From an uncultured cyanobacterium (GTDB lineage: Bacteria > Cyanobacteriota > Cyanobacteriia > Cyanobacteriales > Nostocaceae): 64,000 bases of DNA. The stretch lies in NCBI GenBank assembly GCA_963740315.1, contig CAVUDP010000001.1, positions 1,504,001 through 1,568,000 on the forward strand. Direction: 5' to 3'. The translations under genes and the position numbers were made by a program. Positions 1 through 11,279 of the stretch are shown here, one piece after another (within the stretch, counting starts at the first letter, position 1; every line of letters begins with the position of its first letter). The notes beneath the pieces are model-generated. The model was not told where the DNA came from. It saw nothing but the letters and a program-made list of their open reading frames with translations, and did no database searches.

Positions 1-30
1 TTAAAGAGAAAGAAAAACGATTGGATTTGA

Positions 31-609
31 ATGTTAATGTCTTTAAGAACATCCCGTAATTCGATATCCCCAAGACTCAACACTCCCTTTTATTCAATAT
101 CTAATTTTTCTTTATGGATTATTGCACTTGCAATCACAGTATTCAATGCAATCGTCAATCCAAACCTAGCAAGCTTTGCAACAGTAATCTTGGGTATTTT
201 GGCAACAGTTACAATAGCTTGGAGACATAATTTTAATAGTCTGTTTACTTTTTTAGAAAAGCTTTCTCGTTACTACCGATTCTCCACACCTATATTTATA
301 ATATTAGGTACTTTTGTCCTACTAGATGCACTTTCAACACCAGCACAAGCACAGTTTTTTCAAAACGCAGAAACATGGATGACAGGACAATTTACAGGTG
401 CAGGGGAAGCAATTCCATTAGTATTTAATGTATTGCGAGGTTTATTTTTAATTTACTTGGGAATCTCTTTAGTAAAGGTAATTCAGGCTTCAAGGCAGGA
501 CGAAGACTGGCAAAATTTAGCCCGTACACCAATGATTATTTTGATTGCGGTGACAGTAGGCGATATTTTGGCGAATTTGATTATTGGTGGTGGAGGAGGT
601 GGTGGATAA
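31..609 (+). CDS. Conjugative pilin-like membrane protein (VirB2/TrbC-like, cyanobacterial MPF_C)
   Basis: Hydrophobic N-terminus, AQA|QFF processing-like site followed by two hydrophobic helices; first gene of the operon upstream of virB4. Confidence 0.6.
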   Translation: MLMSLRTSRNSISPRLNTPFYSISNFSLWIIALAITVFNAIVNPNLASFATVILGILATVTIAWRHNFNSLFTFLEKLSRYYRFSTPIFIILGTFVLLDALSTPAQAQFFQNAETWMTGQFTGAGEAIPLVFNVLRGLFLIYLGISLVKVIQASRQDEDWQNLARTPMIILIAVTVGDILANLIIGGGGGGG

Positions 610-639
610 TTCGTAATTCGTAATTCTTAATTCTTAATT
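607..639. repeat. Short heptamer tandem repeat (TAATTCG x2, TAATTCT x2), STRR-like
   Basis: Read directly; such heptamer runs are typical of heterocystous cyanobacteria. Confidence 0.7.
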
Positions 640-659
640 AATCAGCACAATTAAAACAT

Positions 660-998
660 ATGGAATCAGAAAAATCAAAGTATCGAAAAGTTAATGGGAC
701 TTTAGGTAAACAACCATCAATAGGACCGTTTCCTGCTGACCAATTAGTTCCCTGGGCTATTATTTGTGGGAGTTCCTATTACCTTGCTCACGGTTTGTTG
801 CGATTGAATTGGGTTTGGACAATCTCTATCGCAGCTTGGGGAATTTCAACTTGGTGGGTAATGACAGCCAATGGTGCTTGGAGAATTTTATCAAAATTTG
901 TTTCAACTCCTAACTGGACTAGGGTTGGTACACGCTATGAGCAGTTTATAAATACAAAAACTGAAAAAGTTGATTCAAAGAGAACACATAGAAAATGA
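660..998 (+). CDS. Small T4SS membrane protein (VirB3-like position)
   Basis: Two TM segments, overlaps the virB4 start (ATGA). Confidence 0.6.
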   Translation: MESEKSKYRKVNGTLGKQPSIGPFPADQLVPWAIICGSSYYLAHGLLRLNWVWTISIAAWGISTWWVMTANGAWRILSKFVSTPNWTRVGTRYEQFINTKTEKVDSKRTHRK

Positions 999-3721
999 GC
1001 GTTCAATCAAAGATTGGTAAAAAAATAGTTGATAACGGTACGGTAACAGTACGTTTAACACCCTTAGAAGATGCTTTATCTTTAGTATCAATGCTACAGA
1101 TAAATCTCCAGGGACGCTCTGTTGGTGCTTACATTCTAAGAAAGGGTGCTAACAATTTTATGATTCACTTCGGTTTCGAGTGTGCGGGTATTCATTCAAC
1201 ATTACGGACAGAACAAATTTCGCCAGTATTTGATGCTATTGAGTCAGGGTTGAAAGATTTACCATCAGGGGAACGTTTAACAATTCATTTAAGCTCTTTT
1301 ACCGACGATAAACACAGACAGCAACAATTACAAAACTTAAGTAAAAACGCGCCGAGCTTAGAATTACAATACCTTTTAATGGGCGAACGCGCTCGCATCC
1401 AACAATTAACACAACAAGGCATCCGCAAACCAAAAACTTTACGTTTATACTGCACCTACACTATAGAACAAGACACTAACGGTGCAAGTGACGCTATTGA
1501 AAAAGGACTTTCCAAATTAGAGCGTTTATGGAAATCATTCACCGGAGAAATCAACGAGTTACAATTCGTTCGCATTGAGCGTTTACTATATTCTTCTTTT
1601 ACCGATGGTTTCCAACTTTGGGAGCAGCTACTTTCAAACAAGATGGGCTTGGATATCCGTCCTTTAGGTGCAGAAGAACTTTGGAAAATTTTGTGGCAGC
1701 GCTTTAACGACACCCTACCACGACCAATTCCCCAGCTTTTAGTTCTTAACGAAGACGGATTACATGAAGAAATTTATTCAGATATTGCCCCCAAATCTCT
1801 CTTAATGGAATCCGATTCTTCTGTTCCCATAGCAGATAAACGTTGGGTGCATCTTAAAAATAAGTATATAGGAGCGCTTACCTTTGTAGAAAAACCTGGC
1901 GGTTGGACTGATAAAGAACGACAAATGCAGTATCTATGGGAGGTGTTATCAAAAGAAAGAATTTACGACACAGAAATCTATTGTCAATTAATGCGTGCCA
2001 ATGAAACACTTGTAAAAACTAATATGCAGCGTCTTACAAAACAATCGAATACAAGTGCTGCTATTGCTCAACAAAAAAATTCGGTTGACGTAAAATCTCT
2101 ACTCAACATCAAAAAATCAATCGATGCACAGTCAGAACTCTACGAAGGAGCCGTCCCCATTCATACTGCGGTGGTATTTTTGGTTTATCGCAACACCCGC
2201 GAACAACTAGATGAAGCTTGTAGATATTTACAGTCTTCGTTTTTACGCCCCGCATGGGTGGTAAGAGAAACTGAATATCCCTGGCGGATTTGGCTACAAA
2301 CTTTACCTATCACCTGGGAACGTTTGATGACAGTTCCTTTTAATCGAAGACTGGTTTACCTGAGTGGGGAAGTACCAGGACTTTTACCCTTAGTCAGGAC
2401 AAGAAAAGGTGATGATGATGGTTTTGAATTAATTGCTTCTGCTGGGGGAACACCAGTATTTCTGAACCTATACACTCAACATAAAAACTTGGGGCTATTT
2501 GCTACCACCCGCGCCGGAAAAAGCGTACTTGCATCAGGTATTATAACCCAGGCTTTAGCTCATGGAATGCCCGTAGTTGCAATGGATTACCCGAAACCTG
2601 ATGGAACGAGTACCTTTACTGACTACACCAAATTTATGGGTGACGACGGTGCTTACTTCGACATCGGTAAGGAATCAAGTAATTTATTTGAACTGCCTAA
2701 CTTACGTTCTCTTCCACCAAAATTGCAGCAAGAAAGATTCTCTGATTACAAAGATTTTCTAGCAACAGCTTTACTAACAATGATTGTGGGTAGTCGTAGA
2801 GGTTCTAGTAGTGCAAACTCACAAATACTAACAGATACCGTGCGTTCTATCCTAGCGTTAGCATTGAAAGCTTTTTTTGAAGATGATTTAATACGGGATA
2901 GATACGCCGCAGCCTACGTTAACGGTTTTGGTTCACCAGAATGGTCTACAATGCCTACCCTGCATGACTTTTTAAGTTATTGCTCCCACTCTAGACTGCG
3001 ATTAGATTCGATGAGTGGTGACACCAAAGCTGCATTAGAGACGATTTTACTACGTTTGCGGTTTTGGCTTTCATCCCGAGTCGGACAATCCTTAGCTCAA
3101 CCTTCTACCTTTCGTAGCGATGCGCGGTTGCTAATTTTTGCATTGCGTAACCTTTCCAACGATGACGATGCTGCAATTTTAAGTTTGAGTGCTTACAGTG
3201 CTGCATTGCGACGAGCATTGTCAGAGAAAGCAAGCGTGTTCTTTATTGATGAAAGTCCCATCTTATTTGAGTACGATTCGATTGCAGCATTGGTTGGAAG
3301 ATTATGTGCCAACGGAGCAAAAGCAGGAATAAGAGTAATATTATCAGCCCAAGACCCGGAAAGTATTGCTCAGTCTCCGTCGGGAGCTAAGATATTTCAG
3401 AATTTAACTACTCGTTTAATTGGACGTATTCAACCCAATGCTGTTGATAGTTTTACTTCAATTTTAAAGTATCCACAATCGATAATTGCTTGTAATGCAA
3501 CAGAAAGTTTTTTTCCTAAGAAGGAAGGATTTTATTCTCAATGGTTATTAGATGATAACGGGATTTTTACAGGCACTCGTTATTATCCACCATTTAATTT
3601 ACTAGCAATAGTAGCTAATAATCCCATAGAGCAGGAGTACAGAACTGCTGCGATGTCGAAATATCCAGATAAATTTGTAGCTGTCACTGAATTCTCGAAA
3701 CAATTGTTAACAGCCCTATAA
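995..3721 (+). CDS. virB4: VirB4/TraC-family conjugation ATPase
   Basis: Walker A-like ATTRAGKS, Walker B FFIDE, LSAQD motif, 908 aa, operon context. Confidence 0.85.
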   Translation: MSVQSKIGKKIVDNGTVTVRLTPLEDALSLVSMLQINLQGRSVGAYILRKGANNFMIHFGFECAGIHSTLRTEQISPVFDAIESGLKDLPSGERLTIHLSSFTDDKHRQQQLQNLSKNAPSLELQYLLMGERARIQQLTQQGIRKPKTLRLYCTYTIEQDTNGASDAIEKGLSKLERLWKSFTGEINELQFVRIERLLYSSFTDGFQLWEQLLSNKMGLDIRPLGAEELWKILWQRFNDTLPRPIPQLLVLNEDGLHEEIYSDIAPKSLLMESDSSVPIADKRWVHLKNKYIGALTFVEKPGGWTDKERQMQYLWEVLSKERIYDTEIYCQLMRANETLVKTNMQRLTKQSNTSAAIAQQKNSVDVKSLLNIKKSIDAQSELYEGAVPIHTAVVFLVYRNTREQLDEACRYLQSSFLRPAWVVRETEYPWRIWLQTLPITWERLMTVPFNRRLVYLSGEVPGLLPLVRTRKGDDDGFELIASAGGTPVFLNLYTQHKNLGLFATTRAGKSVLASGIITQALAHGMPVVAMDYPKPDGTSTFTDYTKFMGDDGAYFDIGKESSNLFELPNLRSLPPKLQQERFSDYKDFLATALLTMIVGSRRGSSSANSQILTDTVRSILALALKAFFEDDLIRDRYAAAYVNGFGSPEWSTMPTLHDFLSYCSHSRLRLDSMSGDTKAALETILLRLRFWLSSRVGQSLAQPSTFRSDARLLIFALRNLSNDDDAAILSLSAYSAALRRALSEKASVFFIDESPILFEYDSIAALVGRLCANGAKAGIRVILSAQDPESIAQSPSGAKIFQNLTTRLIGRIQPNAVDSFTSILKYPQSIIACNATESFFPKKEGFYSQWLLDDNGIFTGTRYYPPFNLLAIVANNPIEQEYRTAAMSKYPDKFVAVTEFSKQLLTAL

Positions 3722-3738
3722 ATCTACAAAGGTTAATT

Positions 3739-4449
3739 ATGAAAAAAAGAAAACTAGTATTTTTTGGATTAGGAGGAGCAATTGTTATTTCTATCTTAGG
3801 AATAAGCCACGCGAGCGCTTCATCAATACCATTTATTTTCAATACTATTAATCAATTAAAACAGGAGTTAAATTCAATAGATAACTATGTTGAATCCGTA
3901 CTCGAAAGTAAATTAGAACCTTTAGCTTCATCTTTAGGAAAAGATGTAGAAGCAGCTATTAATGAAACGCTTGGTGTATTGGGTTTACCGGACGCTATAG
4001 AAGCTCGCACAGAAGTTGAAAAAATAGCAGCAAGTTCAGATACTGCAATTAATACCGTAGAACAAGCAACAAATGAAGTTGACCGTCAAATTACTCGTGC
4101 TGTTGTAGATAGTACTTTAAGTAAAAATGGTCAAAATTTGACCAGCGAAGAAGTTGAAAAAACCCAAAATTCTATTGAACGAGTTCAAGTTTACTCAGCC
4201 GCAGCGCAAGACGAGGTAGTAACACAAAATGTGATGAAGCGAATCGCTCAACAGAATACATCAACCGCAGCGATTTTAGGAGCAATGCGGGCAGACGGAT
4301 TGAAATCGAAACAATCGCAAGATTTAGCGAATCTTAACTTGACTAATATTTCAAGGTCTTTAGATGGTCAAAACCAAGCACGTCAAAAAGAAATTGTAGG
4401 ACAAGGTTTTAGCAATCTACGTACAGCGTCACAAGCACGTTTGTTTTAG
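3739..4449 (+). CDS. Secreted helical T4SS component (VirB5-like position)
   Basis: Signal peptide, Q/N-rich coiled-coil body, lies between virB4 and a VirB6-like gene. Confidence 0.5.
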   Translation: MKKRKLVFFGLGGAIVISILGISHASASSIPFIFNTINQLKQELNSIDNYVESVLESKLEPLASSLGKDVEAAINETLGVLGLPDAIEARTEVEKIAASSDTAINTVEQATNEVDRQITRAVVDSTLSKNGQNLTSEEVEKTQNSIERVQVYSAAAQDEVVTQNVMKRIAQQNTSTAAILGAMRADGLKSKQSQDLANLNLTNISRSLDGQNQARQKEIVGQGFSNLRTASQARLF

Positions 4450-4466
4450 GAGGATTTGCATCGTTT

Positions 4467-5485
4467 ATGTCATTCCTATTGCTGCATTGGGGAATCATTC
4501 TTGCTCAAGTCGAGAATCCCAATCCTGGGCAAGCAGCGTCCACAATCACAGAAGATGGAATTGCCGCGAGTGAAGCTGTTGCTCAGTCAGTGGACAAGCT
4601 GTGGGATGACGTACTTGGTGGGGGATTGTATAGTGCGATCGCCAATCTCGGAATTTTCTTTGCTGTCGGAACTCTGTTGATTTTCATGGTGCAGTGGACG
4701 AGAGAAATGGTAGATGGTGATAACAGCAAAGCTTTCTCAGAAATCATCTGGCCGTTAGTCGTAATAGTTTTACTCGCCAATAACGCTCTTCTGTTGTCAG
4801 AAGCCACTCTTGGCATACGGACTATTATCAATCAAACAAATCAAACACTTTTAGAAACTACATCTGCTTCTATTGGGTTACAGGAAGCCTATCAAAGAGT
4901 AATGCTCAAAAATGGTTCTTCTGAGGCAATAAGAACTTTAATTACTCAATGTAACGCCATAGCCAATCCTACACAACAAACTGAATGTTTACAAAATGCC
5001 CAGAAACAAGCGCAACAAATCGAATCCCAAATTGATAATAACAATTCCAATTTTCTTGAAGGTATCAATGATTTTTTCAACACTAATATATTTCAATTAA
5101 CAGTAAGAGGATTGTTATTAGCTTTTAGTATTGCCTTTCAATGGATTGTAGAAGTTTCTATGTTATTGACAGCACTACTCGGACCTCAAGAGTCGGAGGC
5201 TCATTATTACCTGTAGGAAATAAAGCTATTTTTGCATGGTTGACGGGTTTCTTCTCTGTAGGCATGGTAAAGCTTTGTTTCAATATCATTTCTGGTTTAG
5301 TTGCAACGTTAGTTATGAATGCCGATAATAATGACCCGATGATTTTCGCTTTTGCAATTGGTATTCTTGCTCCAATTCTATCTGTTGTATTAGCTGTTGG
5401 TGGAGGTATGGCAGTTTTGAGTAGTTTTTCAAGTATTTCAAGTTTAGGGCTTTCTTCTATTGTGACTGGATTTATAAAAAAATAG
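4467..5485 (+). CDS. VirB6/TrbL-like polytopic membrane protein, frameshifted near 5186
   Basis: ORFs 4467-5216 and 5141-5485 join into ...TALLGP/xVGGSLLPVG... with many TM helices. Confidence 0.7.
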
Positions 5486-5504
5486 AGCAGTAATAGGTCA
5501 GTAT

Positions 5505-6299
5505 ATGGCGATTAATAAAAACTTAAATTCTCAAACTGAAGACAGACGCTTAAAATTTTTAACTCGAACTACAACTCGTTTTTCTAGAAGTGATATTTTA
5601 GCATTATTTACAGTAGGCACTTTCTTACTACATCTTCTAGCTTTTGTAATCTTATTTTTGTTATATGGTTCCTATTCGCAATTGAGTAAAAAAGCACCTC
5701 CAACTTTAGTACAATTAGAAAGCGGTAAATCAATTAAAGTTGCTCAATTAGGAAGTCTAGAACGTACACCACAAGTCGTATTACGCTTTGTTTCCGATAC
5801 AATGAGTTTAATGATGAATTGGTCGGGGAATCTACCGGCTACAACTGTTGAAGATGCTTACGAACCAAAACCCGACAGTGGTGTAGATATTCGCTCAATT
5901 AGTAATAGTAGAGGCAAAGTAACACAAGGAGCATGGCAAGCATCCTACGCTTTATCTTCAGATTTTCGCTCCCAGTTTTTAGAATTAGTTGCTGATATCA
6001 CACCTTCGGGAGTATTTAAAGGAAGAACACAAGTAGTTTTTGTTCCGCAATATTTTCAAAAACCAGTGAAAATAGCTGAAGGTAAATGGAAAGTAAGAAT
6101 GATTGCTAACCTTACCATGTTTGAACAAAGTAATAAGTTAGGAGAAGTGATTCCTTTTAATAAAGAAATATTTGTCCGAGCGGTAGAAGCACCTTCATCT
6201 CCGTCGAAAAATGATGAACTTGCCTTCTTAGTTTATCAAGTACGTTCTAGCGGTTTAGAAATTTATGCAATACGAGATTTACCACAGGATAATTTATGA
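5505..6299 (+). CDS. Bitopic T4SS protein (VirB8-like)
   Basis: Single N-proximal TM helix then a soluble domain; operon position. Confidence 0.5.
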   Translation: MAINKNLNSQTEDRRLKFLTRTTTRFSRSDILALFTVGTFLLHLLAFVILFLLYGSYSQLSKKAPPTLVQLESGKSIKVAQLGSLERTPQVVLRFVSDTMSLMMNWSGNLPATTVEDAYEPKPDSGVDIRSISNSRGKVTQGAWQASYALSSDFRSQFLELVADITPSGVFKGRTQVVFVPQYFQKPVKIAEGKWKVRMIANLTMFEQSNKLGEVIPFNKEIFVRAVEAPSSPSKNDELAFLVYQVRSSGLEIYAIRDLPQDNL

Positions 6300-8128
6300 A
6301 TGATAATTTAAATCCGAGTGAAAACGTTGTTTCTGAAAAACACCAACAACCTTTACAGGAATCTGAAACTAATTGGAATGAAGAAAGTTTAGCTAAATTG
6401 CTTGGTTATGATGATTCTGAGAATAAAGATAATACTGTCTCTGAAACTGAGATAGAAACGATTGATGAAGAGGAGCCAACAAGCAATAACGAACAAGAGA
6501 AAAGCGATGGAGATGTTAGTGATTCAAATAATAATGTAGTTGATACTCATGAATTATTTGATGACCCACATGATGGTAAAACTCAACCAACTTTTGCAAC
6601 TAATCCTTTCGCTAAGTTTGGTGCAGTAGGCTTTATATTACTAGTTGTGTTTGGTACGGGGGCCACTTTCCTCAATACTATTATTTCTGGTAAACCGAGA
6701 ACTGCACCCATTGTTGCAGATAACAAAACTGAAAAACCGAGAGTGCTTTTTAAAGAAAATACTAAACCAATAGAAAACGAAAATGGGAAATTAAAAGCCG
6801 AATTAGCATTATCAACTCAAAGAGAGAAAATTAAATCTGTCTCCTCAGAATCAGAAAATACTAAAATGCCCATTCCAAAAACGGATTCTCAAACTCCACA
6901 AAAATTGAACGAAGATAATATTAAAACTCCTCAGAAAAACATAGCTTCGGAGCAAAGACCACCATTTGTAAGTAGACCACCTGTTTATAGAACAATTTCT
7001 CGTCCTCCAATACGACAGAATTATTATCCTGCACCAAGATATAACAGGATGGATAGAGTGTTACCTCCCGCTTCTCCCAAAGCTACAATCAACCCCAATC
7101 CACCACTAATAAATTCTCCTATAAGAAGAATATCACCACCACCTAACCGTGATTTACCATCTGAAATAGACCCAACACAGCAATGGTTAGCTGTAAATCA
7201 ATTAGGTAGTTATGGTACTGCACAAATTACACCTTTTAATGAAGAGAAGAACAAACAAAAAAGTCAGGAGGAAGTTAAACCCGCAGTACATGAAGAACCA
7301 GTTTTACCCAAAACAATACCATCAGCGACAGCTTTAGTAGTTAGCCAAAAAGCAGAAAATACAACTTATCCTAAACCACTTTATAGAGAAGAAGCTCGAA
7401 TTTTGAACGCTTCTTGCCTCTCTTGGGAAAGCTGTCATATACCAAAACAAACCGTAAAGCAATTAAAAATAGGTTCTACTATAGCTGGAAAATTAACTAC
7501 ACCATTGATTTGGGATAAACATTTAACCTCGAATACAAATCCCAAGCAATCAAACTTTAATCAAAAAGAAAAATTTATTATCCAAACTACCGAACCACTT
7601 AAAGATAAAAATGGTTCTATCATCATTCCTAAAAATACTCAGATTGTTGCAATTATACAAAACATTCAAGAATCTGGATTAGTACAACTTCAAGCAGCGC
7701 AGATTGTTATTGATGGCAAACAATACATCCTTCCTCAACAAGCAATTAGTATTCGTGGAAATTCGGGTAAACCTTTGGTAGCATCTAAACGAGGTAATAA
7801 AGGCGACGATATTGCTACACAGGATGCAGAAACGTTTGTAGTTGGTTCTCTTGCCAAAGTAGGTAAAGTACTCAATCAACCCAAATCCGAGCAATTCTCT
7901 ACGAATAATGGTTTTGGCGGTAACAGTAGTTTTTCTTCCATTAGACGAGGTAATTCTAATATATTAGGTGCTGTTTTAGAAGGTGGGTTTGAACCACTTA
8001 CCGAGCAGATTAAAGAGCGAAATAAACGAAAAATATCAGAAATTAAACAGCAAAAAAAAGTTTGGTATGTTCCGGCTAATACGCAAGTACAGATATTTGT
8101 AAACCAATCTTTTGAATTTAGCGATTAA
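6296..8128 (+). CDS. TrbI/VirB10-family protein
   Basis: Acidic N-terminus, one TM, Pro-rich linker, C-terminal beta domain (IIIPKNTQI...WYVPANTQVQIFVN). Confidence 0.75.
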   Translation: MNDNLNPSENVVSEKHQQPLQESETNWNEESLAKLLGYDDSENKDNTVSETEIETIDEEEPTSNNEQEKSDGDVSDSNNNVVDTHELFDDPHDGKTQPTFATNPFAKFGAVGFILLVVFGTGATFLNTIISGKPRTAPIVADNKTEKPRVLFKENTKPIENENGKLKAELALSTQREKIKSVSSESENTKMPIPKTDSQTPQKLNEDNIKTPQKNIASEQRPPFVSRPPVYRTISRPPIRQNYYPAPRYNRMDRVLPPASPKATINPNPPLINSPIRRISPPPNRDLPSEIDPTQQWLAVNQLGSYGTAQITPFNEEKNKQKSQEEVKPAVHEEPVLPKTIPSATALVVSQKAENTTYPKPLYREEARILNASCLSWESCHIPKQTVKQLKIGSTIAGKLTTPLIWDKHLTSNTNPKQSNFNQKEKFIIQTTEPLKDKNGSIIIPKNTQIVAIIQNIQESGLVQLQAAQIVIDGKQYILPQQAISIRGNSGKPLVASKRGNKGDDIATQDAETFVVGSLAKVGKVLNQPKSEQFSTNNGFGGNSSFSSIRRGNSNILGAVLEGGFEPLTEQIKERNKRKISEIKQQKKVWYVPANTQVQIFVNQSFEFSD

Positions 8129-8874
8129 TGAAAAATATTATACAAAAGGCTGCTGCAACTTCTATATTTACCGTAATCAGCTTTACTAGTATTTCCATGA
8201 AAGTAATAGCTGGTGAAATGAAAAACGGTGTAAAGCGAATAAGCAGTATAGTTGCGACTGGAAATAGTGAAAGTGAAATACCGCTAATTAAATTATCTCC
8301 TGGATATGGAGTTAATATTTCATTTATACCTACTGGTGAAACAGTACAGAAAGTATGGCTAGATAATCCTTCTATTGCTTCTTTAGATGTAGATGGTTGC
8401 TTATCTGGTTTAGGTAAAGATTGTGATGCAGAGACTGGTGCAACCGTATTACATTTACGACGAATTAAACCGTTGAATTTTAAGCAGTTACCTTCATCTA
8501 ATAGCAGCTTATTGACGGTAGTAGCAAAAAGTAAAAATAAGCGGCGGGTTTATTTGTTTCGGATAGCAATGGGAGGTACAACACCCAAATTCCATACAAT
8601 TGAGATTACACCAACTCAAGAAGAGTTTAATACTGATAGATTTCTGATTACAGATATTAAGAATTTACAGCTAATCAGTCGAGGACTTATTGTTGCCCAG
8701 CAACAGCGTCTAATCTCTAAAGAATCTCGCTTAGTGAGGAGAATTGAAAACTTTGTGGTTTCGGTAAAAGCAGGAGAACAAATAAATAATGCTGCTCTTA
8801 AAAGTGGGATTTCTATGCAGTTAGTTAATCGCTTAATGGAACTAGGGAATGAAAGTTATGAAATTATTAAATAA
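8128..8874 (+). CDS. Secreted T4SS core component (VirB9-like)
   Basis: Signal peptide, beta-rich IKLSPGYGVNISF segment, coupled to the VirB10-like gene. Confidence 0.5.
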   Translation: MKNIIQKAAATSIFTVISFTSISMKVIAGEMKNGVKRISSIVATGNSESEIPLIKLSPGYGVNISFIPTGETVQKVWLDNPSIASLDVDGCLSGLGKDCDAETGATVLHLRRIKPLNFKQLPSSNSSLLTVVAKSKNKRRVYLFRIAMGGTTPKFHTIEITPTQEEFNTDRFLITDIKNLQLISRGLIVAQQQRLISKESRLVRRIENFVVSVKAGEQINNAALKSGISMQLVNRLMELGNESYEIIK

Positions 8875-10708
8875 AAAATTTAGTTTAATATCTGCTATAG
8901 GTTTATCAATAATCATGGGCAGTGCAATCATTGTGTCATCGCAGGCTCAAGATTTACCTTTAACCACACAAACTCAAATACAAACAGTTGATTGGCAGAA
9001 TACTCGTATACCAGATTGGAATCAAATCACTTTTTCTACAATGCCTTCTATTAATACTGATGGTTCATTCCAAACACCTCCAGGTGTTGAAGACAAGTTA
9101 GGTTACAATCCCAATCGCAATTGGGAAAAAGGACGAAACGTTGCACAATTCATGATGCTAGGGGATTTTCAGGACTCTTTTGAGTTACAAAAGTTTTCGC
9201 TGGCTGATATTTCTCAAATTATTAAGTCAGATTTGAGCAAAGTTAATTTAGAAAAATTTGGCGTAATAAAACTACAAACTTTGAGTAGTTTAGTTTCTGC
9301 AATTCCCGAGTTAGAAAACATTCCTATTCGTGAAGTTAAGCCCATAGAGTATTTACTTTCTCAAAATTTATCTAGCTCACTAGATGGAAATCAAACGATA
9401 GGTAATTTATTAGAGCGATCGCCACATTTAAGTAAATTAGATTTTTCTGAAATTGATTTGGAGAATTATAATATTGATTCCATACCTGGACTATCTTCAA
9501 CTCCGATTGAAGAATTTGAAAAATGGCAAGGAGCTTACATTGATTCTGTTCCAGGTTTGGAGTCGGTTCCTTTTTCCCAATTCCCTAATCCCATAAACGC
9601 TATAGGTGGAGAAGTCGGAATTGTTGACGTTGCTTTTGGAACTGACGAACAACTACGACAACGAACAATTTCTGGAAGTAAACAGGAAGGTTTTGCCGTA
9701 TTTTGTAAACAAGATTGCGCTCATGTAGAACTATCTGGCTCCAACACTGTTAAAGGTAAAGCCTGGGTTAGCGGTAAATATCAGTTAGTCAAAGGTGGAA
9801 GAGGGATTCTTGGTTCTGTAAATGGCGGAAAAGAACCTACAGGTAGGCATTTATTTGGTGATGCTTTTAAGGTAGCAATTTGGGATGTATCGGAGGTCGA
9901 TGGAATGATATCTCAGGCTTTATTTTTCCGGATTTGTATGCGAAACAATTTTATAGATTTGGGATGTACACCCTATTTCATCGGTCCAGTTCCGTTTATG
10001 ACTTATCGAGAGAAGGACGCGATATTTTTAGGTTTGATAAATGGGGGTGGAGAAAATTCTACTTCTACTCCTACGGGTTTGAAAAGCAGCGGATTCACTT
10101 TCAATAATTCTCCCATAACTTCAAGTAGTAATTCATCCAATTTATTACCACCAAGCAAAGGTAGTTGTGGTAAGCGACATTCCAAGGGTACAAATATTGA
10201 TGCTTTGGGTACCGCTCTCTCTGATATTAAAGATAATTACGATTCGGTAGGTAATTATGTTTGTGATGGTAAGGGTAATTGCGGTCGCTCTCTAGGAGCG
10301 ATGCAATTTATGTCATTTCGTCCTGATGTAAGAAAGATTATTGAAAATAAATCTGGTGGAGTAGAATTTCTTACCAGACTAGATAAAGGTGAAGAAGTTA
10401 CGGGTGAAGAAATGGTGCAGTATTTTTCTCCTACAGAACAACAGAATTTAATTGCATTCGATACGAATCAATTATTAAATAAAGCATCAAAACAAATTGA
10501 CCCAACTACAGGAAAAGCTTTTACAGGTGAAAGGTTAATTAAGCGTGCTGGTCAAATGCATTTTGGCGGTGTATATATTCCAATTGATTCAGAAGTTAGT
10601 AATGTTAACAAGAGCGATTCTGTTAAGAGACATGGTATTGCAGTTGTAGATGGATATAGAAAAGCGATGGAAGCAATGGGTTGTGTTGAGAATGCAAAAA
10701 AAGATTAA
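8849..10708 (+). CDS. Secreted T4SS-associated protein with C-terminal lysozyme-like domain
   Basis: Signal peptide; C-terminal ..NYDSVG..GRSLGAMQF.. resembles the lysozyme/transglycosylase GxxQ motif. Confidence 0.45.
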   Translation: MKVMKLLNKKFSLISAIGLSIIMGSAIIVSSQAQDLPLTTQTQIQTVDWQNTRIPDWNQITFSTMPSINTDGSFQTPPGVEDKLGYNPNRNWEKGRNVAQFMMLGDFQDSFELQKFSLADISQIIKSDLSKVNLEKFGVIKLQTLSSLVSAIPELENIPIREVKPIEYLLSQNLSSSLDGNQTIGNLLERSPHLSKLDFSEIDLENYNIDSIPGLSSTPIEEFEKWQGAYIDSVPGLESVPFSQFPNPINAIGGEVGIVDVAFGTDEQLRQRTISGSKQEGFAVFCKQDCAHVELSGSNTVKGKAWVSGKYQLVKGGRGILGSVNGGKEPTGRHLFGDAFKVAIWDVSEVDGMISQALFFRICMRNNFIDLGCTPYFIGPVPFMTYREKDAIFLGLINGGGENSTSTPTGLKSSGFTFNNSPITSSSNSSNLLPPSKGSCGKRHSKGTNIDALGTALSDIKDNYDSVGNYVCDGKGNCGRSLGAMQFMSFRPDVRKIIENKSGGVEFLTRLDKGEEVTGEEMVQYFSPTEQQNLIAFDTNQLLNKASKQIDPTTGKAFTGERLIKRAGQMHFGGVYIPIDSEVSNVNKSDSVKRHGIAVVDGYRKAMEAMGCVENAKKD

Positions 10709-10723
10709 TAAATAAATGTAATT

Positions 10724-11272
10724 ATGAAAAAAGAATTGCGTTATAAAATTATTCATTTTCAAATATTGTTTATACTCCTGTCGTGTGTATCAATTGCTAT
10801 CTTCGTATGGATGTTAAACAGATCATCATCTAATAAGAAAACAAACAAAATTGAATATTCTTGGCAAAATGCTGTTGACATTGTTCCTCAACCTTTATTC
10901 ACAAAAGTCTTATCTTCTTTCTCAAAAACTAAACTAGATAAAAAATCTATCAAAGTTTTAAAGATACCATCAACTGGTGCCGGAATATTATTTATATTTG
11001 ATTTTCGTTCTTCTCAACTTTGTGGTATTGAGGGATGTTTATACCAGGTTTATCATGAGTCGGGGAAACGTTTTTTAGAAATAATTGCTAATCCGCAGTT
11101 ACCACCCTCTCAACAGTTAATTAAAGTTGAGAATGACAGCTTTGAACCTTTCCCTTGCATTACCTTTTCTCAACAAACAACCATGAAATATATGGTATCT
11201 AAAAATAAATACTGCTTTGATACTGGTAGATATACGCACTTCTATGAAACTTGGACAACCATAGATCAATAA
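10724..11272 (+). CDS. Membrane-anchored hypothetical T4SS-operon protein
   Basis: N-terminal TM, LCGxxGC motif. Confidence 0.55.
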   Translation: MKKELRYKIIHFQILFILLSCVSIAIFVWMLNRSSSNKKTNKIEYSWQNAVDIVPQPLFTKVLSSFSKTKLDKKSIKVLKIPSTGAGILFIFDFRSSQLCGIEGCLYQVYHESGKRFLEIIANPQLPPSQQLIKVENDSFEPFPCITFSQQTTMKYMVSKNKYCFDTGRYTHFYETWTTIDQ

Positions 11273-11279
11273 GCGAAAA

